From: an uncultured Gammaproteobacteria bacterium
GTDB lineage: Bacteria; Actinomycetota; Acidimicrobiia; Spongiisociales; SHLN01
DNA length: 64,000 nucleotides
Direction of reading: 5' to 3'
Assembly: GCA_964195905.1 (NCBI GenBank)
Contig: CAXMQV010000128.1
Coordinates: 459-64,458, forward strand
Program-made: the position numbers and the translations under genes
In this document: piece by piece, positions 17,641 through 26,124 of the stretch
Layout of the letters: the number at the start of each line of letters is the position of its first letter
Numbering within the stretch: position 1 is the first letter of the stretch
Notes under the pieces: generated by a model
Seen by the model: only the letters and a program-made list of their open reading frames with translations
Databases searched by the model: none
What the model was told of the DNA's origin: nothing

Positions 17641-18420
17641 GCAAGCATCGTTACCCGGTTACCCGAAGAAGACCACCATCGAGGCGTGTCGCGCTGGGAA
17701 GGGGTTTCTCTGGACCTGGCGCAGGCGGCGCCGGTCGTCCCACGGTCGGCTGTCCTGCGGTAGCAGTCGACTTTTCAGCCAGTGGCGCGCCGGATCCAGG
17801 GCTCGACCGAAAAGTGACAGAGGGCATCGCGCGGAAAATCCCGAGTGAGCCTCGGCCGTGACCAAAACCCTCTCGGGATGTTTCCGCTGCCGGGCGGCTC
17901 CCTTGCGGGTGCCGTGCCGGCGGTTTCCGCCCGAGGTCGGTGCCCGAAGGCCCGTGTCCCTTGCGGCGCCGAAGCGTTTTTGGCGCTTCAGCGTTCCAGC
18001 GTCGCTGGCCCGACGACCTTGCGGTCATCGAGTGCCGGTCCGAAGCCGCGCCCTTGCGGGTCTGGCCCTCGCCGACTCTCATCCTCCGCCGAAGCGGTGA
18101 ACGAGTCGTGGTCTCCCGGCGACTATCTGAGCCTTGTGAGCCCATCCAGCCGGCCCGATCGGGGCCCGGGTGGCCACTCCCCACGATCGCGAATCGTAGG
18201 GCCCGGTCCGGTTTTGACACCTTTCCAGGACTCCGGTCCGGCTTTTAGACCTTCCCAGAGATCCGGTTGGGCTTTCGCCCTTCCAGTCCAGTCGGGCTGT
18301 TACACCCTTCTGGGGTCCGGCCGGGCTTTCGCCCTTCCGGGGTTCTCACAAACCTTTCGATCTGCAAGCCTGCCGTCCACTTTCGCTTCCGGCCGGGTCG
18401 TTCCGGTTGCCCGGGCGACA
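17641..18420 (-). ncRNA. Candidate large structured non-coding RNA (no ORF, own promoter)
   Basis: Downstream of TTGACG-N17-TACATT. At least eight GC-clamped hairpins have UUCG, GCAA or GAAA loops on the minus strand only (17900-09, 17942-51, 17967-76, 18015-26, 18051-60, 18086-97, 18269-80, 18324-35). Confidence 0.3.
18203..18346. repeat. Degenerate ~30-nt tandem repeat, 5 copies (CCGGYCSGG-YTTT..CCTTYCCAG..)
   Basis: Copies at 18203-32, 18233-62, 18263-92, 18293-316 (24 nt) and 18317-46. No unique spacers lie between the copies. Confidence 0.7.
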
Positions 18421-18426
18421 AAGACA

Positions 18427-18455
18427 AATGTACGGGCGAACCTCCGCACCGTCAA
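18427..18455 (-). promoter_or_regulatory. Putative sigma-A-type promoter TTGACG-N17-TACATT (minus strand)
   Basis: Reverse complement of 18421-18460 reads ctcatTTGACGgtgcggaggttcgcccgTACATTtgtctt. Confidence 0.5.
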
Positions 18456-18471
18456 ATGAGATTGGTAGTTA

Positions 18472-18524
18472 GTTTTCGCGCCATAGGAGCATTTTTCGCG
18501 GAAGCGCCGCAGACGGTTTTCGCG
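18472..18524 (-). promoter_or_regulatory. Three direct repeats CGCGAAAA(C/A) (minus-strand reading), 20- and 24-nt spacing, 16 nt upstream of the -35
   Basis: Plus strand shows GTTTTCGCG 18472-80, TTTTTCGCG 18492-500 and GTTTTCGCG 18516-24. Confidence 0.45.
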
Positions 18525-18540
18525 GTTCGCGGAGGGGTTG

Positions 18541-18645
18541 GTTCCCCGTTCCCCGTTGCCAGGTGACAGTTGACCGTTGACCGTTGCCAGGTGACCGGTG
18601 ACAGTTGACCGGTGACAGTTGACCGGTGACAGTTGACCGTTGACC
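18541..18645. repeat. Mosaic heptamer array, 15 in-phase units (GTTCCCC, GTTGCCA, GGTGACA, GTTGACC, GGTGACC)
   Basis: Read directly. All 15 units keep a 7-nt register across 105 nt. Confidence 0.95.
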
Positions 18646-18689
18646 TCCGAATTACATTCGTGTCACTCTCGTCCCGTATAGTGCCGGAT

Positions 18690-19502
18690 ATGGATCGAGT
18701 GTCACCAAGCCGGCTAAGCGACTTCAAGCAGTGCCCCCAGCTGTTCAAGTTCCGATCGATCGATCGACTGCTCGAACCGGCCACAATCTTTCAAGCTCGC
18801 GGCACCACCGCCCACCTGGCTCTTCAGCGCCTTTACGGCCTGGACGCCACCGATCGCACGCCCGAGCGTCTCTACGACCTGTTCCGGGAAGCTTGGGCTG
18901 AGGTCCGCGACGACGAGTATCCGGACATGTTCGAGACCGTCGAGGAGGAGCGCGCCTGGGGTATCGAGAGCATGGAGCTGCTCGCCAACTACTTCGCGGT
19001 GGAGGACCCCCGGGCCATCACCCCGGTGGGGTGCGAGCTCGACTTGCTCGAGGAAGTCAACACCGTGCGGGTGCGCGGGATTCTCGATCGCATCGATGAG
19101 AACGAGAGCGGCGACCTGGTGGTCACCGACTACAAGACCGGCAAGGCTCCACCCGAGCGTTACGCACTCCCCGCCTTCTTCGCACTCAAGATCTACGCCC
19201 TGCTGACCCGCAAGCACCTCGAGCGGACTCCGGTGCAGCTCCGGTTGCTCTACCTGAACGGCCCAACGCTGTACTCCCTCGACGTCGACGAGCAGCAACT
19301 CGACGCCATGGAGCGCCAGGTGCTTGCCCTGTGGGATGCCATTCAGCGGGCCGAGCAGCGCCAGTCCTATCCCCCCCGTCAGTCGAGGCTCTGTGACTGG
19401 TGCTCGTTCCAGGAAATCTGCCCTGCTTTCGGCGGCACCGGCGAGCCGACCGCAGACATGAAGCGTCGGCCCGAGCAGGTGCCCGAGCCGACTCCGGCCT
19501 AG
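18690..19502 (+). CDS. PD-(D/E)XK nuclease, RecB/Cas4-like with Fe-S cysteine cluster
   Basis: MDRVSPSRLSDFKQCPQLFKF.. (N-terminal Cys), ..RGILDRID..LVVTDYKTGK.. (nuclease core), C-terminal CDWCSFQEICPAF (3 Cys). Start trimmed to the ATG at 18690, outside the heptamer array. Confidence 0.8.
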   Translation: MDRVSPSRLSDFKQCPQLFKFRSIDRLLEPATIFQARGTTAHLALQRLYGLDATDRTPERLYDLFREAWAEVRDDEYPDMFETVEEERAWGIESMELLANYFAVEDPRAITPVGCELDLLEEVNTVRVRGILDRIDENESGDLVVTDYKTGKAPPERYALPAFFALKIYALLTRKHLERTPVQLRLLYLNGPTLYSLDVDEQQLDAMERQVLALWDAIQRAEQRQSYPPRQSRLCDWCSFQEICPAFGGTGEPTADMKRRPEQVPEPTPA

Positions 19503-19528
19503 GCGATCACGGTAACGGAGAAGGACTG

Positions 19529-19972
19529 ATGCTTTACACCATCGGACACGGCACCCTCCCGATCGATGACTTCCTACGCAATCTGGATGCTCACGGCGTG
19601 CGCACCGTGCTCGACGTCCGCGCCCAACCCCACTCGAGCCACGCCCCGCACTACAACAAACACGAACTCGAAGCAGAACTGGTGGCGGCCGGGATCTCGT
19701 ACCGATGGATGGGCGACCACCTGGGCGGCCGGCCCCTCCGACCCGGCGACCGGTCCCCCATCGAAGACCCGGAGCGAATGGCTTCAGGTGTTACCGAGGC
19801 CGCCGGGCTGGCCCGGGGCGCGACGAGCGTGCTGCTGTGCGCCGAGCTCGATCCCACTCACTGCCATCGGACGACGGCGCTAGCCCCCCGATTCGAGGAC
19901 GCCGGGTTCGCCGTCGTCCACATCCTGGCCGATGGGTCCGCTCGTACCCACCAGCCGACGTTGGGCTTGTAG
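19529..19972 (+). CDS. DUF488 family protein
   Basis: MLYTIGHGTLPIDDFLRNLDAHGVRTVLDVRAQPHS..LLCAELDPTHCHR.. matches the DUF488 pattern. GGAGAAGG lies upstream of the ATG. Confidence 0.8.
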   Translation: MLYTIGHGTLPIDDFLRNLDAHGVRTVLDVRAQPHSSHAPHYNKHELEAELVAAGISYRWMGDHLGGRPLRPGDRSPIEDPERMASGVTEAAGLARGATSVLLCAELDPTHCHRTTALAPRFEDAGFAVVHILADGSARTHQPTLGL

Positions 19973-20016
19973 CGCCCTACCCGTTCGCGTCACACCCGGG
20001 CGGTACCGTGGTGGCC

Positions 20017-22974
20017 ATGAGTGAAGAGCGGATAGATCCCGCCGACTGGGACGCCACCATCTCCGACACCGACGGACCGCAACTCATTGTCGGCGGTCCC
20101 GGCACCGGCAAGACCGAGTTCCTGGTGCGCCGCGCCGCCTACCTGATCGAGCAGGGGGTGGCGACCCCGGATCAGGTCCTGGCGCTCAGCTTCTCCCGGC
20201 GCGGGTCGGCCGGTCTCCGATCCCGAATCCAGGATTCCCTCACCGGCACCCATGCCGAGCTCGACGCCTCCACCTTCCATTCGTTCTCGTTCCGGCTGCT
20301 CGAGACGTACGCCGCCGACGCCCTCGGGTGGGAGCAGATGCCGACGCTGCTCACCTCACTCGAATACGTGCTGAAGATCCGGTCGTTGCTCGAATCGGAG
20401 GACCCGGCCGGTTGGCCGGTCCTGTTCCGGGGCCTCCTCACCAGCACCACATTCGCCGAAGAAGTAGCCGATTTCATGTTGCGGTGCAGCGAGCTGCTGA
20501 TCGGGCCGGACGAGCTTGCCACCTTCGGCCGCGATGACTGGCGGGCGTTGCCGGCGTTCATGGCCCGGTACCGGGCCGACACCCTGGCCGGTCATCGCAT
20601 CGACTACGGAACACTGCAGACCTCGGCCGTCGAGGCACTCGCTCATCAGCCGACCCTGGAGGAGATTGTCGAGCGCTATCGCTACATCCTCGTCGACGAG
20701 TATCAGGACACGACATTGGCGCAGGCTGCTCTGCTCCGGCTCCTCGTCTCGGGCGGGTCCCACCTGACGGTGGCCGCCGACCCGTACCAGTCCATATACA
20801 GCTTCCGGGGCGCCGATCTCGAGAACGTCGCCAACTTCCCGGAGGCGTTCGCCGCCGCCGACGGCACCCCGGCCGCCCGCCGGGTGCTCACCACCTCGTT
20901 CCGGGCCCCGGTCGAGATCCTCGACGCCGCCGTCAAGCTGACCGAAGGGCTCGACCTGCCGGGGTCGAGCGGTCCGGTGGTCCCCGCCGCCGGCACCGGG
21001 TCGGTCGAGACCTACATATTCGACCAGGCCACCCGGGAAGCCGAATGGATCGCCGACGAGATCCAGCTCCTCCATGCCGGTGGGCTTCCGTATCGCTCGA
21101 TGGCTGTGTTCGTCCGCTCCAAGCGGCGCTTTCTCCCGGGCTTGTCGCGAGCTCTGGAACGGCGCGGGGTCCCTCATGCCCAGCCCGACTCTCGCCTGTC
21201 CGACCATCCGGCCGTCCGGGCCGTGTTCGACTGTGTCACCGCCGCCACCGCTCCCGATCCCGAATCGAGCATGGCCATCCGTCGCCTCTTGCTCGGTCCT
21301 CTGTTCCGCCTCCCGGTCGGGCGCTTGAGAGAGCTAGAGCGGGATCGGGCAAGACAACCCGCGCCGTGGGCTGAGATCATCGAGGACTCCGTTCCCGATG
21401 GTGGCCCGCTGGCCGGCCTGCTGCGCCAGGCAGGGTGGGCCGAGACCCATCCGGCCGTCGATGGGTTCTGGCACCTCTGGAATGCTCTCCCCCAATTCGT
21501 CCATCTCGTGGTCGATCCGAACCGTTCGGAAGAGCGGGCCGCCTGGAGCTCGTTCTCGCAGGTGCTCGGACGGCTCTACGACCGGGACCGATCTGCGTCG
21601 CTGTGCGACTTCGTCCGCTGGTCCGAGGAGGAGAGCTTCGAGGCCCAACCGCTCCTCGACTTCCGGGATCGGGGTGCCGATCGGTTAACCGTCACCACCC
21701 TCCACCAGTCCAAAGGCCTCGAGTTCGAGGTCGTCTTCATCGCCGATGCCGTTGACGGAGTCTTCCCCGACCTCCGGTCTCGTGAATCACTCATCGGCAC
21801 CCGGCATCTGGCCGCCCACCTGCCGACCGATCCAAACGAGTACCGCCGGTTCCGGATGCAAGAAGAAACCCGGCTCGCCTATACCGCCATGACCCGGGCC
21901 CGGTTGCGAGTCGTCTGGACGGCCACCACCGCCGGACTGGATGAGGGTGAGGGCGCACCCAGCCCACTGCTGGTCCGTCTTGCGGGCGACAACCCCGGCC
22001 TCCCCCCCGACGATGATCGGCTGCCGGTAACCACCGGACAGGCCGAAGCCTGGCTGCGCCGCATCGCCGCCGATCCCTCGGCCTCCCAACCCCGCCGCCT
22101 CGCCGCCATGCGGAGCCTCGGAACGGGCGAGGCGTGGGGCCTCCGAGATCCGGCCTTGTTCGCCGGCCTCCGCCCTCCCGGCCCCGATGGCGGCCTCGCC
22201 CCCGACAAGCTCCTCCTGTCGCCGAGCCAGGCCGGTTTGTACGAGACCTGCCCGCGCCGCTACGCCATCGAACGGCGCCTCCGGGTGGGCGCCGGCGAGA
22301 CGGTCTATCTCACGTTCGGGTCCCTCGTACACAAGGTGCTGGAACTGACAGAGAAGGCCGCCATGGCGGACGGCCGGACGTATGGGACGTTCGCCGAGGC
22401 CCTCGAGCATCTCGACTCACAGTGGGATCCGGCTCCATTCGGCGGGCGGCCGTGGGCCGATGCCTGGCGACGCCGCGCCGAGGAGGCGCTTGAGTTCGCC
22501 TACCAACATTGGCCCCATCCCGACGCAACCCCACTGGCCCTCGAGCACAAGCTGACGCTCGACATCGACGGTGTGTCCTGGCGGGGAATCGCCGATCGAA
22601 TCGAAGCCGAAGACGGGCATGTGCGAATCGTCGATTACAAGACGAGCCGGTCGCGGCCAAATGCCGAGGAAACGGCGGCCTCCCTCCAGCTCGGCTTCTA
22701 TCTGCTGGCGGCGGCCGCCGACCCCAACATCGCCCGGCACGGGCGGCCCGATGCCGGAGAACTGTGGATGGTGGCCATGCAGAACGTCAAGTCATTCCCG
22801 GTCGTCAAGTTCGATCCAGCCAACCTCGACGATGTCGAGCAGCGATTGAGGGACGTCGCCGAAGGAATCGCCGGCGACCAGTGGGATCCGGTCCCTCACG
22901 ACCGATGTGACCGTTGCCCGGTGCAGCTTGTCTGTCCGGCCTGGCCCCACGGAGCAAAGGCATACCAGTCGTGA
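20017..22974 (+). CDS. adnA: AdnA-like helicase-nuclease subunit (UvrD-like ATPase plus C-terminal RecB nuclease)
   Basis: Walker A GGPGTGKTEFLV, ..ILVDEYQDT.., C-terminal ..RIVDYKTSRS.. and CDRCPVQLVCPAW. Start trimmed to the ATG at 20017 to avoid overlap with DUF488. Confidence 0.85.
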   Translation: MSEERIDPADWDATISDTDGPQLIVGGPGTGKTEFLVRRAAYLIEQGVATPDQVLALSFSRRGSAGLRSRIQDSLTGTHAELDASTFHSFSFRLLETYAADALGWEQMPTLLTSLEYVLKIRSLLESEDPAGWPVLFRGLLTSTTFAEEVADFMLRCSELLIGPDELATFGRDDWRALPAFMARYRADTLAGHRIDYGTLQTSAVEALAHQPTLEEIVERYRYILVDEYQDTTLAQAALLRLLVSGGSHLTVAADPYQSIYSFRGADLENVANFPEAFAAADGTPAARRVLTTSFRAPVEILDAAVKLTEGLDLPGSSGPVVPAAGTGSVETYIFDQATREAEWIADEIQLLHAGGLPYRSMAVFVRSKRRFLPGLSRALERRGVPHAQPDSRLSDHPAVRAVFDCVTAATAPDPESSMAIRRLLLGPLFRLPVGRLRELERDRARQPAPWAEIIEDSVPDGGPLAGLLRQAGWAETHPAVDGFWHLWNALPQFVHLVVDPNRSEERAAWSSFSQVLGRLYDRDRSASLCDFVRWSEEESFEAQPLLDFRDRGADRLTVTTLHQSKGLEFEVVFIADAVDGVFPDLRSRESLIGTRHLAAHLPTDPNEYRRFRMQEETRLAYTAMTRARLRVVWTATTAGLDEGEGAPSPLLVRLAGDNPGLPPDDDRLPVTTGQAEAWLRRIAADPSASQPRRLAAMRSLGTGEAWGLRDPALFAGLRPPGPDGGLAPDKLLLSPSQAGLYETCPRRYAIERRLRVGAGETVYLTFGSLVHKVLELTEKAAMADGRTYGTFAEALEHLDSQWDPAPFGGRPWADAWRRRAEEALEFAYQHWPHPDATPLALEHKLTLDIDGVSWRGIADRIEAEDGHVRIVDYKTSRSRPNAEETAASLQLGFYLLAAAADPNIARHGRPDAGELWMVAMQNVKSFPVVKFDPANLDDVEQRLRDVAEGIAGDQWDPVPHDRCDRCPVQLVCPAWPHGAKAYQS

Positions 22975-25900
22975 CGACCATCCGGCCGAGCCCTGAGCAA
23001 CAAGCGATCATCGACTACCCGCTCCAGCCCCTGCGGGTCGACGCCGGCGCCGGCACCGGCAAGACGACCACCATGGCGCTCCGACTGGCCCGGCTGCTCA
23101 ACAGCGGCCAGGTCGACGCTGCCCTCGGGATCACGTTCACCAACAAGGCCTCCCAGGAGCTGCGAGAGCGGATCGAAGTCATGCGCTCCTGCCCCGACCT
23201 CGGGGCGGTAGAGGTCGCCACCTATCACGGGTTCGCCCACAGTTTGCTGAGCGAATTCGGCGCCTACGTTGGAGTAGAAAGGACCTCCCGCCTCATCACC
23301 CCCGGATTCGTCCGCCAGCTCATGCGAGACGCCCTAGGGGCCGGCACCTACACAGCGCTCGACCTGGCCGCCCCCGGTTACCGGGTCGAGGAAATGGCGG
23401 CCCTCAGTGGTCAGATAGCAGACAACCTCGGGCGGCCCGGGGAAGTGGAGTCGCTGCCCGGAGACATCGGCGACAAGCGGGCCGAGCTGCTCGGCGCCCT
23501 CGAGCGATACGAGCACCTCAAGTGGAAGATCGGCGTCGTCGACTACGGCGATCTCATCGGGCTGGCCCATCGCCTTCTCGAGGAAGTCCCGGCCGTGGTA
23601 GCTCAGATCCGGGCCCGGTTCCAGGTTGTGCTCCTCGACGAGTACCAGGACACCAATCCGGCCCAGCGCGAGCTGCTGCGGCTCGTGTTCGGCAACGGCT
23701 TCCCGGTCACCGCCGTCGGTGACGCCGATCAGACCATCTACGAGTGGCGGGGCGCCTCGCTCGAGAACTTCGCCGAGTTCCCCAACCACTTCCCGGGCGA
23801 GGCGGGCCCGGCGGTCACCCTTCCCCTCACCCTCAATCGGCGATCCGACGCCGGGATCCTCGACGCCGCCAATGCGATCGCGGCCCAGATCGGCAGCCGG
23901 GCCGGGGAATTCGACCTCGCCCCGGTGGACGGAGCGGCCGCCGGTGAAGTCGGGCACGGCTGGTTCCGCACCGCCGACGACGAGGCCCACTGGATCGCCG
24001 ACTCGGTCCTGGAGACCGCGGCAGCAGGGACCGGCTGGGGCGAGATTGCGATCGTGTTTCGAAAGAACGCTCAGATCCCGCTCGTGCGGAGCGTCCTGGC
24101 GGCCGCCGGGATCCCGGTTCAGGTGGTGAGCCTCGGCGGCCTCCTTCATGTTCCCGAGGTCACCGACCTGTGGGTCTGGCTTCGGATCCTCGACGACCCT
24201 TCCGACGGCTCGGCACTGCTACGGGTTGTCCTCGGCCCCCACTTCCAACTCGGCCTCGGCGACCTGATGCCGCTCGCCCGCTGGGTGCGTGATCAGAACG
24301 CGCCCACCGGCACCAGCGACGATGAGGCGGGCCCCGGATACTCGCTGCTTGAGGCTGCCTTCGCCGTTGACGACTTCGAGCGCCACGAAGTCTTCGGAGC
24401 CATCCACCGGTTCCGGTCTCTCTATGAGCAGCTGGTCGAAGACGCTCAGGGGGTGACACTGGTTGAGCTGTGCCGGCGCGTCCTCACCGGCCTCGGAGTG
24501 TGGATCGAGGTCGAGGCACTCGAGGACGCTGCCGCCCGATCGGCCAGGCTCAACCTCTATCGATTCCTCGACCTGGCCGAATCGTGGAGCCCGCTCGAAG
24601 GCCGGCCCTCGCTGACCGCTTTCCTCGACTACCTCACCACCCTGCTCGACGAGTCGGCTCCCGAAGAGCTCGATCTCGCCCGGGTGGCCGAGGCCGACGC
24701 CGTCACCCTCATCACCGCCCACCGGGCGAAGGGCCTCGAATGGGACATCGTGTTCCTGCCGGCCTTGGTCGGCGATACGTTTCCGGCCCGGCTGCGGGCC
24801 TTCGACGATCCGTTCTCGCGACCCTCCTCGCTTCCTTACTCAGCGCGGCTAGACGCAGCCGTGTTACCGGTACTCGACCCCGATGACGAAAAGGCACGTA
24901 AGGCGTTGCTTCGTCCACGCCATCTCGACCAGGAGTGGCGGACCGCTTACGTCGCCACCACCCGCGCCCGCCATCGGCTGCTCGTCTCGGGCGCGTTCTG
25001 GTATGGCCAGAAAAGACCGAAGAAGCCGAGCGCCCTGTTCGATTTGATTACCGATCTCCCAGACGCGGTGAGCCATGCGACCTGTGACGATCCGGGGCAA
25101 CGGCCGACGATTGCCGTTGCAGCCGGGGCCGGTCCCGCTCCCGACCCGCATTTCGGCGATGGGTGGGCGGCCGCGCTGCAGGCGGCGATCGCCGACCCGG
25201 CCTGGCCGGCCGCCGAGACAACGAGCCAAGCCGCGTACGATGACCAAGTGAATCAGCTGTCCCTCGTTCTCGACAGCCTTCCTGAGCCGACCCCGGAGGA
25301 AGGCACCGTTCCTTCCACGACGTCGGTATCGGGCCTCGTTACCTATGCCACGTGCCCGAAGCGGTTCTACTGGAGCGAAATCGATCGGCTTCCTCGTCGT
25401 CCAGCCCCCTGGCTGAAGCGGGGAGTCGAACTGCATCGAAAGATCGAACTCCACAACCGCGGCGTGGTTCCCCTCGATCTGGCTGAGGACGACACGTACG
25501 ATTTCGCTCCGGACGAAGCCGAACCGAAGGCCGGCGCCTACACCACCTTCCAGGAATCCCGGTTCGGACAACTCAAGCCCCGCTGGATCGAGGCCCCGTT
25601 TTCGCTGGCAAGTGAGGGCCTACGCATCCGGGGTCGCATCGATGCGATCTATGACACCGACGGTTCGTGGGAGGTGGTCGACTTCAAATCCGGCCGGCAC
25701 CGGCCGGATCCTGCCCGCATCGTCCAGCTCCAGGCCTATGCGGTAGCCGTCGACGAGGGGGCGTTGAGCGGCGAGCGACCCGATGCGGTGGCCGTCACCT
25801 TCGCTTACTTCGGTGACGGCCTCGAAGAGGTGACCGAGACGGTCGACGAAGCGTGGCTCGGAACCGCCCGCCATCGCATCACCGGCATCCTCTCAGGTAT

Positions 25901-26003
25901 CACCGACGAGCAGTTCGAACCGACCCCGTCGGCCGCCTGCCACCACTGCGACTTCGCCAAGTTCTGCGATGCCGGTCAGGCGTGGCTGGTTCAGAACGAG
26001 TAG
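22971..26003 (+). CDS. adnB: AdnB-like helicase-nuclease subunit (UvrD-like ATPase plus C-terminal RecB nuclease)
   Basis: Walker A AGAGTGKTTTMA, ..VLLDEYQDTNPAQ.., ..EVVDFKSGRH.., C-terminal CHHCDFAKFC. GTG start overlaps the adnA stop (GTGA). Confidence 0.85.
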   Translation: MTTIRPSPEQQAIIDYPLQPLRVDAGAGTGKTTTMALRLARLLNSGQVDAALGITFTNKASQELRERIEVMRSCPDLGAVEVATYHGFAHSLLSEFGAYVGVERTSRLITPGFVRQLMRDALGAGTYTALDLAAPGYRVEEMAALSGQIADNLGRPGEVESLPGDIGDKRAELLGALERYEHLKWKIGVVDYGDLIGLAHRLLEEVPAVVAQIRARFQVVLLDEYQDTNPAQRELLRLVFGNGFPVTAVGDADQTIYEWRGASLENFAEFPNHFPGEAGPAVTLPLTLNRRSDAGILDAANAIAAQIGSRAGEFDLAPVDGAAAGEVGHGWFRTADDEAHWIADSVLETAAAGTGWGEIAIVFRKNAQIPLVRSVLAAAGIPVQVVSLGGLLHVPEVTDLWVWLRILDDPSDGSALLRVVLGPHFQLGLGDLMPLARWVRDQNAPTGTSDDEAGPGYSLLEAAFAVDDFERHEVFGAIHRFRSLYEQLVEDAQGVTLVELCRRVLTGLGVWIEVEALEDAAARSARLNLYRFLDLAESWSPLEGRPSLTAFLDYLTTLLDESAPEELDLARVAEADAVTLITAHRAKGLEWDIVFLPALVGDTFPARLRAFDDPFSRPSSLPYSARLDAAVLPVLDPDDEKARKALLRPRHLDQEWRTAYVATTRARHRLLVSGAFWYGQKRPKKPSALFDLITDLPDAVSHATCDDPGQRPTIAVAAGAGPAPDPHFGDGWAAALQAAIADPAWPAAETTSQAAYDDQVNQLSLVLDSLPEPTPEEGTVPSTTSVSGLVTYATCPKRFYWSEIDRLPRRPAPWLKRGVELHRKIELHNRGVVPLDLAEDDTYDFAPDEAEPKAGAYTTFQESRFGQLKPRWIEAPFSLASEGLRIRGRIDAIYDTDGSWEVVDFKSGRHRPDPARIVQLQAYAVAVDEGALSGERPDAVAVTFAYFGDGLEEVTETVDEAWLGTARHRITGILSGITDEQFEPTPSAACHHCDFAKFCDAGQAWLVQNE

Positions 26004-26124
26004 CGATCGGGAACCAACCATGCTCCCTGCCGGTTCGAGAGCGGGTTCACGATGCCCGTCAGACGGGGTCTCGTCGTTGTTGCGCCGCCCTGCCTCCTAC
26101 CCGCCACCGCGAAGCGTCGAACGG

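Noticed and set aside
18203-18346. The ~30-nt periodic repeat raised the question of a CRISPR array.
   Set aside because: The copies are directly adjacent with no unique spacers. They are degenerate rather than near-identical. No cas genes are present apart from a housekeeping-type Cas4-like nuclease.
17651-18459. ORFs of 189 aa (minus strand, 17651-18220) and 204 aa (plus strand, 17845-18459) inside the long spacer.
   Set aside because: The products are Arg/Pro/Gly/Ser-rich with no hydrophobic core or motif. The two ORFs overlap each other on opposite strands. The nucleotide sequence is better explained by short hairpin motifs. The 157-aa ORF at 16085-16558(-) was rejected for the same reason.
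19705-20016. The ORF-track start of the AdnA ORF lies 312 nt upstream and overlaps the DUF488 gene.
   Set aside because: The extension is Arg/Pro-rich with no motif. The helicase Walker A follows soon after the ATG at 20017. Similar 5' extensions were trimmed at 51321-51857, 28684-29007, 9245-9334, 33071-33115, 27952-28035 and 44931-45281.
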